Notes: generated by a model from the sequence alone, not told the origin. 64,000 bases of DNA from an uncultured Fibrobacteraceae bacterium (GCA_964524645.1 CAZGEC010000001.1:179994-243993); one strand, 5' to 3'. Counted from the stretch's first letter, positions 43,110 through 53,003 are shown. Program-made: numbers and translations.

Positions 43110-46100
43110 CTACTTGATCACGGCGATCTTGCGCCGCAGATCGATGCCGTTGCCATGGATCCGACAGATGTAGCCGCCGTTGGCCACGACCCTGTCATTG
43201 CCGTTGCGACCGTCCCAGACGAACTGCGTCAGCTCCCCGGCCTGCGCGTACTCCTGGTGGCTGTGGACCACGTCGCCGTACAGGTCGTAGATCGTCACCG
43301 TCACGGTGCCGCTCCGGGGAGCCCGGAAAAGGATCAGCGTGTTCTCGTGGCCGGCCCGGAACGGGTTGGGCCGGTTGGTGATGTCCCGATCCGTGTCCAG
43401 GTCCCTGCCGGTGTGCAGGGTCACGGTCCGCACCGATTCGGCAACGCCCGAGACCTCCTCCGCGTAGAAGCGCAGGCGGTGATCACCCGGCGTGTCCAGA
43501 CCGAGCTGCGCGAGGCTGAAGTCTCCGGTGTAGACCTGGCCGGGATACGGCGGATCCACCTGGTCCACGTCGAAGAAGATGGCCTGGATGCCCTGGGATT
43601 CCTCCGTCGTGGCGGTCAGACTGATCCGGGTGCTGGAGGTGACGTAGTAGCCATCGCCGAAGGGCGGGGCCTCCGGATCGAAGCGGACGACCGTCCGGGG
43701 CGGTCCGATGACATCGACGAGGAGCTGCACCGAGCTGACCAGGCTCGCCGCGGCCTCCAGCAGGATGTCCGTGCTGCCGTACTGGGTCACGGTGAGGCTC
43801 ACCATGGCCAGGCCGTCGCTGGCGGTCTGGGTGCTGTACGTGGTCTGGTGGGCGGCGCCCAGCACCCCGTCCCCCGCCAGGACCCTGAACTGGACGGGCT
43901 CCCCGATGATGGCGTTGCCCGAGGCATCCGTGGCCCGTGCCAGCGCGGTCACGATCTGACCGGGGCGCACGGGCGTGGCGAGACGCTGGCCCGGCAGGCG
44001 CTCCGCCCACAGCTCGAGACTGCTGACCGCGGCGGGCAGGACCGTGATCACGTCGCTGAAAGCCAGCTCACCGCTGTCGTCCGAGACCCGCAGGTAGATG
44101 GTCTCGGCGCGATCGTAGCTCTGGTGGTCGAAGGTCTTGACGCCCAGCGCGGTCGTCCCGACGGTATCGGCCAGCACTCCCATGGGCCGCAGGCTGAGAT
44201 CCGGTCGCGGCGAGTTGCCGCTGAGGGCCCGCAGCAGGAAGGTGCGGTCGTCGTTGGTCACCAGCTGTCCGGTCACGATGTCGACGCGCCGGACGCTCAT
44301 GGACCAGGACTCTCCCGCCACCACCGTGTCCGGCACGTCCACGGCGTAGCGCACGCCCACCGGCACCACGGTCAGGACCTCGCTGAAGGCCTCCCGGCCG
44401 CGGGCGTCGCTCACCCTGATGACGATCTGCTCGCTGGTGGCGTAGTACTGGCCGCCGATGATGGCCTCTCCCGCCACCAGAGTGGCGCCGCCGATGCCCA
44501 GCGCCGAGCTTGCCGGGGTGCGGTCGGGGTGCAGGGCCGTCATGGTGAAGGCGTTGCCGGCGTTGATCCGCTCCTCCGTCTCCGGATTCACCAGGCGGAT
44601 GGTGAGGGTGAAGGTGGCCGGCGGTCCCGCCACGACCTGGGGTGGTGTCGGCAGGATGATGCGGTACTCGGCCTCATTCACCGGGATGTCCACGCGTCCG
44701 GTGTTGACCGTGGGATGCTGGGGATCGGTGGCGAAGAGGGCCACCAGACCGGGATCGCCCAGCACGATCTCGATATCCCGGCTGCCGTTGATGAACGGCG
44801 CGTCCTGATCCACGGGATCGACGATGTCGAGGGCCCCGCCCGAGCTGGACAGGTGGATCGTTCCGCTGTTCAGCGAGTGCATCAGGTTGAAGTACTGATC
44901 CACGGCCCGCACGGTGACCGTGAACGGAACCTCGGCCTGCTGGGTCAGCACCTCGCCGATCTTGCCGGTGCCGGTGACGGCGCCGGGCTGGGGCGTCTCG
45001 CCCGGAGCCACGATCTGGATGCGCTTGAACCCGTCGGCCAACATGCGGCAGGTATTGCTGATGCCGACCACACCGACGGTATCGCTGACCTCGATGAAGA
45101 TGTCCTCGGCCTTGGTGTAGGCCTGAGCGATGTTGCGCAGTCCGCTCACCAGCAGCCCCTGACGGACCTCGAGCTGTCCGGTCCCGACCAGACCGGTGGT
45201 GGCGCTCATGACCTCGATGGCAAAGAGGCGATCCTGGGTGGTGACCCGTTCGCCGGTGTTGCTGTCGATCAGCTCGATCCGCAGGGGGAAGGTCGCCGGC
45301 GGACCGACCGTCGCACTGTCGGGGATGGTCACAGCGTAGTAGAGGCCACCTGTGTCCATGTGGATCACGCTGCTGATGGCCTCGCGTCCGAAGTCGTCGG
45401 TGACCCGGATGACGATGTCCTCGACGGTGCTGTAGCTCTCATGGTTGATCACGCTCACGCCGCCCACCAGCTGCGACTGGGTGATGCCCAAGGTGCCGTT
45501 AGCGGCGCCCTGGTTGGGCAGGAGCGGCGTCAGGGTGAAGCGGTTCATCGCCGTGGGCACGACGTTCCCTGTGACCGGATCGATGAGCTTCACCGTCACC
45601 TGGAAGCCGGGTACGGGACCGGTCGAGGCGGTCGCCGGCACCGTGATCTCGTAGATGAACGGCGGATCCACGGGAATGGGCACGGACTGGGAAGGCCGCG
45701 AGATGTCCGCCTCATCGAAGGCCGAGACGGTCACGATGCCCTCGTCCGTCAGGAAGCCGTTGAAGGTCCGCCGCCCGTTCACGAAAGGCACGTAGTTTTC
45801 CGCCGGGTTCCCCGGCAGCGAGAACGAGTTGTCGCTGGCGACCAGCCGCACCACGCCGGAGTTGGTGGTGTCGGCCAGGTTCCAGTACTGGTCCACGGCT
45901 CGCACCGTGATGGGGAACGGTTCGCCGGAGCGCTGCGAGACGGCCGTGCCGGACTTGCCGGTCGTGGCGTAGATCGGGATGCCGGCCTCGACAACCTCGC
46001 CCGGCGCCACGATCTGCAGCTTCTTGTAGCCGTCCGAGACCAGGCCGAAGATGGGACTGGAACCCGCAAGACCGGTGGAGTCCGTCACCGTGACGTAGAC

Positions 46101-49100
46101 GTTGCCGGCCCGGGTGTAGCTCTGCTGGAAGTTGATGGTGCCGCGGTCTAGACGCTGCGACGTGACACCGACCGCCCCGAGCGCCGTACCGGTGACGACG
46201 TCGCGCACGTCCACCGTGATCCGACGGTCGTCGTCGATGACGGTCTGGGTGTCCACGTCCCGCAGGCGCACGTTCACGGGGAAGGTGGCGGGCGGACCGA
46301 CCCGCGGTGTCGGGGTCGTCGTCACCGCAACCACATACTCCATGCCGTTGCTCTGCATCTGGATGGTCGAGCTGTAGCTGAGACGTCCTGAGGCGTCGCC
46401 GATCCGCAGGACAATATCCTCGACAGTGTCGTAGGCCTGGTTGTTGATGGTCACCGAGCCCGCATTGAGCTGCGCCTGGGTAACGAACGGCGCGCTGCTG
46501 GCCGGTTCGAGGTTGCTGAGCAGGGCCGAGATCGTAACCCAGTTGTTGGCGGCTGGCAGCGGCGCACCATTGCTGTCCACCAGAGCAATGGTCATCGAGA
46601 AGGTGCTGGGCGGCCCCACGAAGGCCGTGGGCGGGGTGGTGATCTGGTACATCGCCCCCTGTTCCACCTCGACCGTCACCGCCTGACCCACAATATCAGT
46701 GTGGTCCAGGGCCGAGGCCGCCAGGGTGACGAAGCCGGTGCTGGTCAGAAACAGCGGGAGGATGATCTCGCCGTTGACCAGCGATTGGTCGTTGTTGAGC
46801 GGATTCGTCGGCGTGATGGAGCCGTCGTCGCTGGCCAGGTGGATGTGCTCGCTGCTGTTGTCCACCAGGTTCCAGAATTGGTCCACCGAACGCACATGCA
46901 CGTCGAACTCGAGGCTGGCGGTCTGGGTCAGCGGCGCCCCTACCTTGCCGTCCGCCTCGGGTCCGCCGGGCAGCGGCGTCTCACCCGGCAGCAGGATCAT
47001 CAGGCGATCGACGGATCCCGGGGTCACCAGGATGGTGCTGGTATCCGTCTTGGCAGGCGCGATCAGGTCTCTGACGGACAGCTGCTGCGTCTGCGCCGCC
47101 TTGAAGTAGAGATCGAAGGTGCCCGTCCCGTTCGGATCCAGCTGCTGATCGTTGGCCGAGATCATCTGGAAGTAACTGCTGCTCCCGAAGTGAACCGTGG
47201 GCTGAGCCGCGATGGGGTTCCATTCGCTGTCGGTGGCGATGACCGTCGCCACCACGGGGTTTCCAGCCACCACCGGCAACGGCGTCCCCACTTTCCCGGG
47301 CGCGATGCCCGGTGTGTGGGTCTCGCCCGGCAGCAGAAGGACCAGGTCTTCGTAGGTCCCTGCGAAGACCGTAAATGCATTGCTGCTGTCCGTCTTGGCG
47401 AACAGGTCCTCCCGCACGAACAGGCGCACGTTCTGACCCGCCCTGGTGATCCGGATCGAACCGCGCCAGACGCCGTGGTAGGTGCCGGTTCCGAAGCCGT
47501 CGCCCAGGCTGACCCGGACGGGCGTGAGCACGTTGGTGCCGTGGTTGACGTACAGCGAGACGCTGTCGGCGTAGTCCGCGATGTGGTTGTTGAAGATGTC
47601 GCGCGCCACGATGGTCACGTTCGGCAGGGAGGAGCCGGCCTGGTGGTCGGGGATCGGCGCGAGCACGTCGCCCGGGGTCGGGTTCGTGCGGTTGTTGATG
47701 CCGATGTCGAAGTGGTCGATGGCGCCGGCCTTCAGGGGAATCGTCGTGTAGGCGAACACGGCACTGCCGTTGTCGTCGACGCGGATCGTCTGCTGGTTGG
47801 GATCGGCCAGGGTGATCAGGGTCACCGAGAAATCGGTGGTGTTGTCGGCCAGCTGCTGCGGATTGGCCGGCAGGACGGCGGCTGCGTCGCTGCTGCTGAA
47901 GTCGACGCTCAGGGGCAGCCGCGGGTCCACGTCGGTGATGGGATTCCAGTAGGAGTCCGTGGCATACACCCGCACCTGGAACGGTACGCCGGCGTCCTGG
48001 GTGCTGGGATCGCCGATCTTGCCGTCGTCCTCGATGCTGTCGAAGATGCCAGGCTCCAGCTGCTCGCCCGGCGCCGCCACCACCATGCGCGCGAAGGGGG
48101 CGGGCGAAACGTACACCGCGCTCGAGTTGTTGGGGTTCACGCCGCTGGCGTCGGCCGTCAGGGTCTGGTTCAAGTAGGTGCGGAAGATCACCCGCACGTC
48201 CACGGGATTGTTGAGGCTGATCAGGTTGGTGGGGTAGTCCGGCAGCTCGAAGTAGCCGGTGCCGCAGCTGATGGTGACGTTGCGCTGCCCCGAGACGATG
48301 TTGCCGTAGCGGTCCACGGGACGGACGGTCACCGGGTCGACGATCTGGCCGGCCACGACGCTGTTGGGCACCCCCATGTTGCCGCTGAAGTTCGGATCGT
48401 TGAGCCCCGGGACCCAGGTCTCGCCGGGGAAGGTCAGGAGGATGCGGTTGAGGGGGCCCGAGTTGACCTGGAAGTGGCCGGAAACGCCCACGACGTCGGC
48501 GTTGCTGTCCACGATGACCCGGGCGCTGAAGGCGCGCTTGGTCACCTGCACGAGGGCATCCAGCTGGCCGTTGACGAAGGTGGCGTTGTTGGTGATGAGG
48601 TAATCCTCGGACTCGTCCGACGTGCCCAGCCGGGCCCGCAGGGTCACCTGGCCGTTGTAGGGGAAGGGGTTGTTGTTGCTGTCCTGCGCGCGCACGCGGA
48701 GCTGGAAGGGAATGGTGGTCACCTGGACGTCGAGGGTGTCCCAGACGGAGTAGTCGAAGACGAAGTGATCGAGACCTTCCGGGTTGACGATGACGTTGCT
48801 CTCGTTGCTGGAGCTGATGGGCCCGGAGGCCGAGACCGTGACCCGGCGCAGGCCGGACTGGATGAGCGTGACGGCCTCGTCCAGCTCGGCGTTGCTGGCC
48901 ATGGCGCCGCCCGCCGGCAGCGAGACGCCCGGGCTGGGATCGTCGCTGCTCCAGCTCAGGGTCGGATAGGGCCCGGATTCCACCGGGTTCCAGTGCTGGT
49001 CGGTGGCGTACACGTCCACGCCGTTGAAGCTGTTGCCGGAGATCTGGGGCTGGGGCACGCCGGTCTTACCGGGGCTGACGCCGGGGTTCAGGCTCTCGCC

Positions 49101-49871
49101 CGGCAGCAGCAGCACCACGGTGGCCAGCGGACCGGGCCGCAGGGGCGAGACGACCACGGAGCCGGTCGCCGGTCCAGCCTGGCCGGGATAGGTAATGGTG
49201 TTCCTGGCCGTCAGGGTGTTCTCGCGCGTCACCGGATTCGTGCCCCAGAAGATCACGGGCAGAGTGGCCTGGCCCATGGCGAAGGAGGTGCCGGGCACGG
49301 TCACGGTGGGTCCGCCGGAGAAATCACCGACGAGGGCGTCGAGGATCACGTCGTCGCCGAAGTTGGCCACGGTCTGGCTCTGGTAGTCCGTGGCCACCAG
49401 CGTGACGTTCACCGCCTGGTCCACGAACTTGTCGCCGGCCGGAACGGTCAACAGGAAATGATCCACGGGATTGTAGCAGTCGATGAGGACCTCGGCATGC
49501 GGCACCGAGGCGTCGTCGGCGTCGCGGACCCGCAACCGCACCGGCTGTCCCGCGGCCAGGAACGTGATGCCGTCGAACTGCCGCTCGCCGTTGTGCAGGT
49601 AGTCGTGCGGCGGCAGATTCGCCGGCACGTCGGGCGAGTATAGCTCGGCATTGATGAAGTCCGCCGTCAGGTCCGTCGTGCCATCCGCATTGACCGCGCG
49701 CACCCTCGCGCTGAAGGCGACCTGAACCGTGACCGCCGGCCGCCCGGCCACGATGTGCGGGTTGACCACCGTGATTTCCAGATGGTCGAAGGCCAGCGCG
49801 GTCGCCGGCAGGCAGCCGATCAGCGCGAGAAAACAGGCGATTCTGAAGATGAGATTCAAATGTCGCAGCAT
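43110..49871 (-). CDS. Giant (about 2250 aa) cell-surface multi-repeat protein with C-terminal FlgD-Ig/T9SS-type sorting domain (adhesin-like)
   Basis: ORF 43110..49985. Start chosen at MLRHLNLIFRIACFLALIGCLPATALA. There are at least 7 copies of a ~100-aa 'LLPGE..PG...GK.G.P..Q.AG.PF.V.V.A.D..WN' module and at least 6 copies of a second Ig-like ~100-aa module. The terminal 87 aa (RPNPFRAGHENTLILF...FVWDGRNGNDRVVANGGYICRIHGNGIDLRRKIAVIK) form the CTD. Confidence 0.8.
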   Translation of the reverse strand: MLRHLNLIFRIACFLALIGCLPATALAFDHLEITVVNPHIVAGRPAVTVQVAFSARVRAVNADGTTDLTADFINAELYSPDVPANLPPHDYLHNGERQFDGITFLAAGQPVRLRVRDADDASVPHAEVLIDCYNPVDHFLLTVPAGDKFVDQAVNVTLVATDYQSQTVANFGDDVILDALVGDFSGGPTVTVPGTSFAMGQATLPVIFWGTNPVTRENTLTARNTITYPGQAGPATGSVVVSPLRPGPLATVVLLLPGESLNPGVSPGKTGVPQPQISGNSFNGVDVYATDQHWNPVESGPYPTLSWSSDDPSPGVSLPAGGAMASNAELDEAVTLIQSGLRRVTVSASGPISSSNESNVIVNPEGLDHFVFDYSVWDTLDVQVTTIPFQLRVRAQDSNNNPFPYNGQVTLRARLGTSDESEDYLITNNATFVNGQLDALVQVTKRAFSARVIVDSNADVVGVSGHFQVNSGPLNRILLTFPGETWVPGLNDPNFSGNMGVPNSVVAGQIVDPVTVRPVDRYGNIVSGQRNVTISCGTGYFELPDYPTNLISLNNPVDVRVIFRTYLNQTLTADASGVNPNNSSAVYVSPAPFARMVVAAPGEQLEPGIFDSIEDDGKIGDPSTQDAGVPFQVRVYATDSYWNPITDVDPRLPLSVDFSSSDAAAVLPANPQQLADNTTDFSVTLITLADPNQQTIRVDDNGSAVFAYTTIPLKAGAIDHFDIGINNRTNPTPGDVLAPIPDHQAGSSLPNVTIVARDIFNNHIADYADSVSLYVNHGTNVLTPVRVSLGDGFGTGTYHGVWRGSIRITRAGQNVRLFVREDLFAKTDSSNAFTVFAGTYEDLVLLLPGETHTPGIAPGKVGTPLPVVAGNPVVATVIATDSEWNPIAAQPTVHFGSSSYFQMISANDQQLDPNGTGTFDLYFKAAQTQQLSVRDLIAPAKTDTSTILVTPGSVDRLMILLPGETPLPGGPEADGKVGAPLTQTASLEFDVHVRSVDQFWNLVDNSSEHIHLASDDGSITPTNPLNNDQSLVNGEIILPLFLTSTGFVTLAASALDHTDIVGQAVTVEVEQGAMYQITTPPTAFVGPPSTFSMTIALVDSNGAPLPAANNWVTISALLSNLEPASSAPFVTQAQLNAGSVTINNQAYDTVEDIVLRIGDASGRLSYSSTIQMQSNGMEYVVAVTTTPTPRVGPPATFPVNVRLRDVDTQTVIDDDRRITVDVRDVVTGTALGAVGVTSQRLDRGTINFQQSYTRAGNVYVTVTDSTGLAGSSPIFGLVSDGYKKLQIVAPGEVVEAGIPIYATTGKSGTAVSQRSGEPFPITVRAVDQYWNLADTTNSGVVRLVASDNSFSLPGNPAENYVPFVNGRRTFNGFLTDEGIVTVSAFDEADISRPSQSVPIPVDPPFIYEITVPATASTGPVPGFQVTVKLIDPVTGNVVPTAMNRFTLTPLLPNQGAANGTLGITQSQLVGGVSVINHESYSTVEDIVIRVTDDFGREAISSVIHMDTGGLYYAVTIPDSATVGPPATFPLRIELIDSNTGERVTTQDRLFAIEVMSATTGLVGTGQLEVRQGLLVSGLRNIAQAYTKAEDIFIEVSDTVGVVGISNTCRMLADGFKRIQIVAPGETPQPGAVTGTGKIGEVLTQQAEVPFTVTVRAVDQYFNLMHSLNSGTIHLSSSGGALDIVDPVDQDAPFINGSRDIEIVLGDPGLVALFATDPQHPTVNTGRVDIPVNEAEYRIILPTPPQVVAGPPATFTLTIRLVNPETEERINAGNAFTMTALHPDRTPASSALGIGGATLVAGEAIIGGQYYATSEQIVIRVSDARGREAFSEVLTVVPVGVRYAVDVPDTVVAGESWSMSVRRVDIVTGQLVTNDDRTFLLRALSGNSPRPDLSLRPMGVLADTVGTTALGVKTFDHQSYDRAETIYLRVSDDSGELAFSDVITVLPAAVSSLELWAERLPGQRLATPVRPGQIVTALARATDASGNAIIGEPVQFRVLAGDGVLGAAHQTTYSTQTASDGLAMVSLTVTQYGSTDILLEAAASLVSSVQLLVDVIGPPRTVVRFDPEAPPFGDGYYVTSSTRISLTATTEESQGIQAIFFDVDQVDPPYPGQVYTGDFSLAQLGLDTPGDHRLRFYAEEVSGVAESVRTVTLHTGRDLDTDRDITNRPNPFRAGHENTLILFRAPRSGTVTVTIYDLYGDVVHSHQEYAQAGELTQFVWDGRNGNDRVVANGGYICRIHGNGIDLRRKIAVIK
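44015..49118 (-). repeat. Intragenic tandem-domain repeat region of the giant surface protein (coordinates approximate)
   Basis: Protein-level periodicity of ~100-110 aa across residues ~290-1990: two alternating module types, diverged at DNA level. Confidence 0.5.
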
Positions 49872-50202
49872 GGGTACCCGCGCCTCGTCGTGGTGATTTG
49901 CACCCTTCTCCGGGGCGGCTTCGCAATATGCGACGTCGGCTGGCTCGCCCGGAGGACTTTCCGTGGTTCGGAAGGCGGGCCGCAAGGCGCATGCCAGGGG
50001 GTGGTGCGGTCGGTGATTTCCAGTGAGGGGGCGGAATACCCGGTCGTGGGGCAGCGAGATGCGAGCGCCTCAGGTATCCTGCCACGCTCGTTCCCGGCCA
50101 CCGGATGAGCAGGGCGAAGACCGGCGGCCACCGGAGGCGGGCAGCCAGCCATCCCGTTTTCGTGATCGATTATGACAAGAACATTCAATATTTAGAACTT
50201 GG

Positions 50203-50232
50203 TTGATCATTATCTGCTCATCGTGGTAAGAT
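50203..50232 (+). promoter_or_regulatory. Putative sigma70-like promoter in AT-rich island upstream of the cytochrome gene
   Basis: TTGATC - 18 nt - TAAGAT within a ~90-bp AT-rich island (50160-50245), 100 bp upstream of the ATG at 50339. Speculative. Confidence 0.3.
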
Positions 50233-50338
50233 CTGCCCACTGGACACCCGCTCGTGCGACCCGCCGCGGTTGTGGCACGCCGGTTATTCGGGCCCTCCGG
50301 GACGAGCCGCGGCGCATCAGCTCTTCCGGAGGTGACAA

Positions 50339-52999
50339 ATGCAATTCAGGACATTCTGCATCCTGCTGATGAGCTGCCTGCTGTTAGCTCTCGCAGCGGC
50401 CACGGCGCAGGCGCGCCCGCCCATACGCCGCGCCTTCTTCAACGTCTATCCTTCGGCCGAGGGCACCCGCCTGGACGACCTGCCCAGCAACGCCGGGCAC
50501 TGCGGGGTCTGCCACTTCGACTTCGACGGTGGCGGCACGCGCAATCCCTACGGGCTGACGGTGCAGGTGGCCCTGAGCAGCGGGAACTACGGCACGGACG
50601 AGGAGGCCATCCTCTCCCTCGACGGCCAGGACGCGGACGCGGACGGCTTCAGCAACGGCGTGGAGATCACCGATACCATCGACTTCACCAACACCCCCAC
50701 CTTTCCCGGCTTGACGAGCGGCAACGTGTCGAACGTGTTGAACGTGGATCCCGCGGACCTGACGGGCCATCTCACGCCCAGCGGCAGCCTCGACACGACA
50801 CCACCTACGGTCCTCGTTACCGCGCCCGACGGCGGCGAGATCTACCCGGCCAATACCCTGCAGAACGTCAGCTGGACCGCCAGCGACGCCAGCGGGATCT
50901 CCCACGTGGATCTCTACCTCTCCGACGACGGGGGCCTGAACTTCAAGCCCGTGGCCAAGGGCCTGGCGGATACGGGCACTTACAGCTGGTTCGTTCCCAA
51001 CCGACCCGGCTCCCAGAGCCTGCTGCAGGTCGTGGCGTGGGATAACGCCGGCAACGACGGGAGCGACGTCAGCAACGGCAGCTTCGACATCGAGCCCGTG
51101 AGCGGGGGGACCGTGCCGACGACCTTGCGGGACTTCGACCTGCCGGGCAGCCAGCCCCTCGAGGCGGGGATCCTGGACGATCCCGGTGTCACCTGCGTCA
51201 CCTGCCACGGGAATTACAGCACGGCCGTGGAGCCCTGGTACAACTGGCGCGGCAGCATGATGGCGAACGCCCTGCGCGATCCCCTGTACCTGGCCACGCT
51301 GGCCGTGGCGGAGCAGGACGCGCCGTCGGTGGGCGATCTCTGCCTGCGCTGCCACACTCCGGGCGGCTGGCTCGAGGGGCGCTCGCCGGACACCAGCGCC
51401 GGCCTGATGAACGCCAAGGACCGGCACAGCGTGCAGTGCGACTTCTGCCACCGCCAGGTCGATCCGCACTACGTCGAGGGCGTCAGCCCGGCCGCCGACC
51501 TGGCGATCCTGGACGCGTTGGCCGCTCTGCCACTCGCCACCGCCAACGGACAGTACGTCACCGACCCGGCACCTGTGCGGCGCGGCCCCTACGCGGACGC
51601 CCAGGCCGATCACCAGTTCCTGGAATCACCGTTTCACCGGGAAGGGGACATCTGCGGCACCTGCCACGACGTGAGCAATCCCGTGTTCGTGCAGGGCGCC
51701 TCGCCCTCCGTCTACGAGGTGCAGGCGCTCGACAGCCCCCACCCCGACGGCGACCTGCGCAACATGTTCCCGATCGAGCGCACTTTCAGCGAGTGGTCGG
51801 CCAGCACTTACGCCGCGACCGGGGTCTACGCGCCCCAGTTCGCCGGCAACAAGCCCGACGGCATCGTCTCCACCTGCCAGGACTGCCACATGCCCGACGT
51901 GTCGGGCAAGGGCGCGGACGGGGGGCCCAACCGCTCGGACCTGCCGCTGCACGACCTGACCGGGGGGAATCACTTCGTGCCCGATATTCTGCCCTCGTTC
52001 TACGCGTCCGAAGTGGATCCGACCCAGCTGGCCGCCGGGAAGAGCCGCGCCATCAGCATGCTGACCCGGGCAGCGACCCTGGAGCTGACGAGCAGCCCGG
52101 TGCAGGGTCAGCCGGCGGTCACCGTCCGGGTGATCAACGAGACGGGTCACAAGCTGCCCTCCGGCTATCCCGAGGGACGTCGCATCTGGCTGAACGTCAA
52201 GGCCTACGACGCTGCCACCAGCCTGGTCTACGAATCGGGTGCCTACGATCCCGGCACGGGGGAGCTGACCCACGACGAGGACGCCAAGATCTACCACGTC
52301 GAGCCCGGCATCTCGTCGCGCCTGGCGACGGCCCTGGGCGTGCCCGCCGGACCCTCCTTCCACTTCGCCCTGAACGACTCGACCTATCTGGACAACCGAA
52401 TTCCGCCCCGGGGCTACACCAATGCCGGCTTCGCGGCCGTGCAGGCTGCGCCGGCGGGCTACGCTTACGCCGACGGCCAGTACTGGGACGACACGGTCTA
52501 CGTCCTGCCGATCGAGGCCCGTTCGGTGGAGGTCACCCTGTACTACCAGTCCACGTCCAAGGAGTACGTGGAGTTCCTGCGCGATGAGAACGTGACCAAC
52601 ACCCTGGGTCAGGAGCTGCACGACGCCTGGGTGGCCCAAGGCCGGGCGGCCCCGGTGGTCATGGCCACGGCCAGCCTCGGTCTGGATCTCAGCGATGTGC
52701 GGGCGGGAGGTATCCCGCAGGCGGTGAACCGCCTGGGTGCGGCCGTGCCGAATCCTTTCAACCCGCAGACCAGGATCGAGTACGAGCTGGCGGCCACCGG
52801 CCCGACCAGCCTGCGAATCTTCGATGCGACCGGAAGGCTGGTGCGAACGCTGGCGGAGGGCCTGCGGCCGGCCGGCACGCATGTGGCGATCTGGGACGGC
52901 CGTAACGACGCGGGCAGGGTCCTCGCCTCCGGCGTCTACTTCTGCCGGCTCGAGGCGCCTGGATTCTTGACCACCCGCAAGCTGATGTTGCTCAAGTGA
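50339..52999 (+). CDS. Secreted multihaem c-type cytochrome (6 CxxCH) with C-terminal FlgD-Ig/T9SS-type sorting domain
   Basis: Signal peptide MQFRTFCILLMSCLLLALAAATAQA with GGAGG 7 nt upstream. Haem motifs CGVCH, CVTCH, CLRCH, CDFCH, CGTCH, CQDCH. The last 83 aa (VPNPFNPQTRIEYELAATGPTSLRIFDATGRLVRTL...IWDGRNDAGRVLASGVYFCRLEAPGFLTTRKLMLLK) form the CTD. Confidence 0.8.
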   Translation: MQFRTFCILLMSCLLLALAAATAQARPPIRRAFFNVYPSAEGTRLDDLPSNAGHCGVCHFDFDGGGTRNPYGLTVQVALSSGNYGTDEEAILSLDGQDADADGFSNGVEITDTIDFTNTPTFPGLTSGNVSNVLNVDPADLTGHLTPSGSLDTTPPTVLVTAPDGGEIYPANTLQNVSWTASDASGISHVDLYLSDDGGLNFKPVAKGLADTGTYSWFVPNRPGSQSLLQVVAWDNAGNDGSDVSNGSFDIEPVSGGTVPTTLRDFDLPGSQPLEAGILDDPGVTCVTCHGNYSTAVEPWYNWRGSMMANALRDPLYLATLAVAEQDAPSVGDLCLRCHTPGGWLEGRSPDTSAGLMNAKDRHSVQCDFCHRQVDPHYVEGVSPAADLAILDALAALPLATANGQYVTDPAPVRRGPYADAQADHQFLESPFHREGDICGTCHDVSNPVFVQGASPSVYEVQALDSPHPDGDLRNMFPIERTFSEWSASTYAATGVYAPQFAGNKPDGIVSTCQDCHMPDVSGKGADGGPNRSDLPLHDLTGGNHFVPDILPSFYASEVDPTQLAAGKSRAISMLTRAATLELTSSPVQGQPAVTVRVINETGHKLPSGYPEGRRIWLNVKAYDAATSLVYESGAYDPGTGELTHDEDAKIYHVEPGISSRLATALGVPAGPSFHFALNDSTYLDNRIPPRGYTNAGFAAVQAAPAGYAYADGQYWDDTVYVLPIEARSVEVTLYYQSTSKEYVEFLRDENVTNTLGQELHDAWVAQGRAAPVVMATASLGLDLSDVRAGGIPQAVNRLGAAVPNPFNPQTRIEYELAATGPTSLRIFDATGRLVRTLAEGLRPAGTHVAIWDGRNDAGRVLASGVYFCRLEAPGFLTTRKLMLLK

Positions 53000-53003
53000 C
53001 AGC

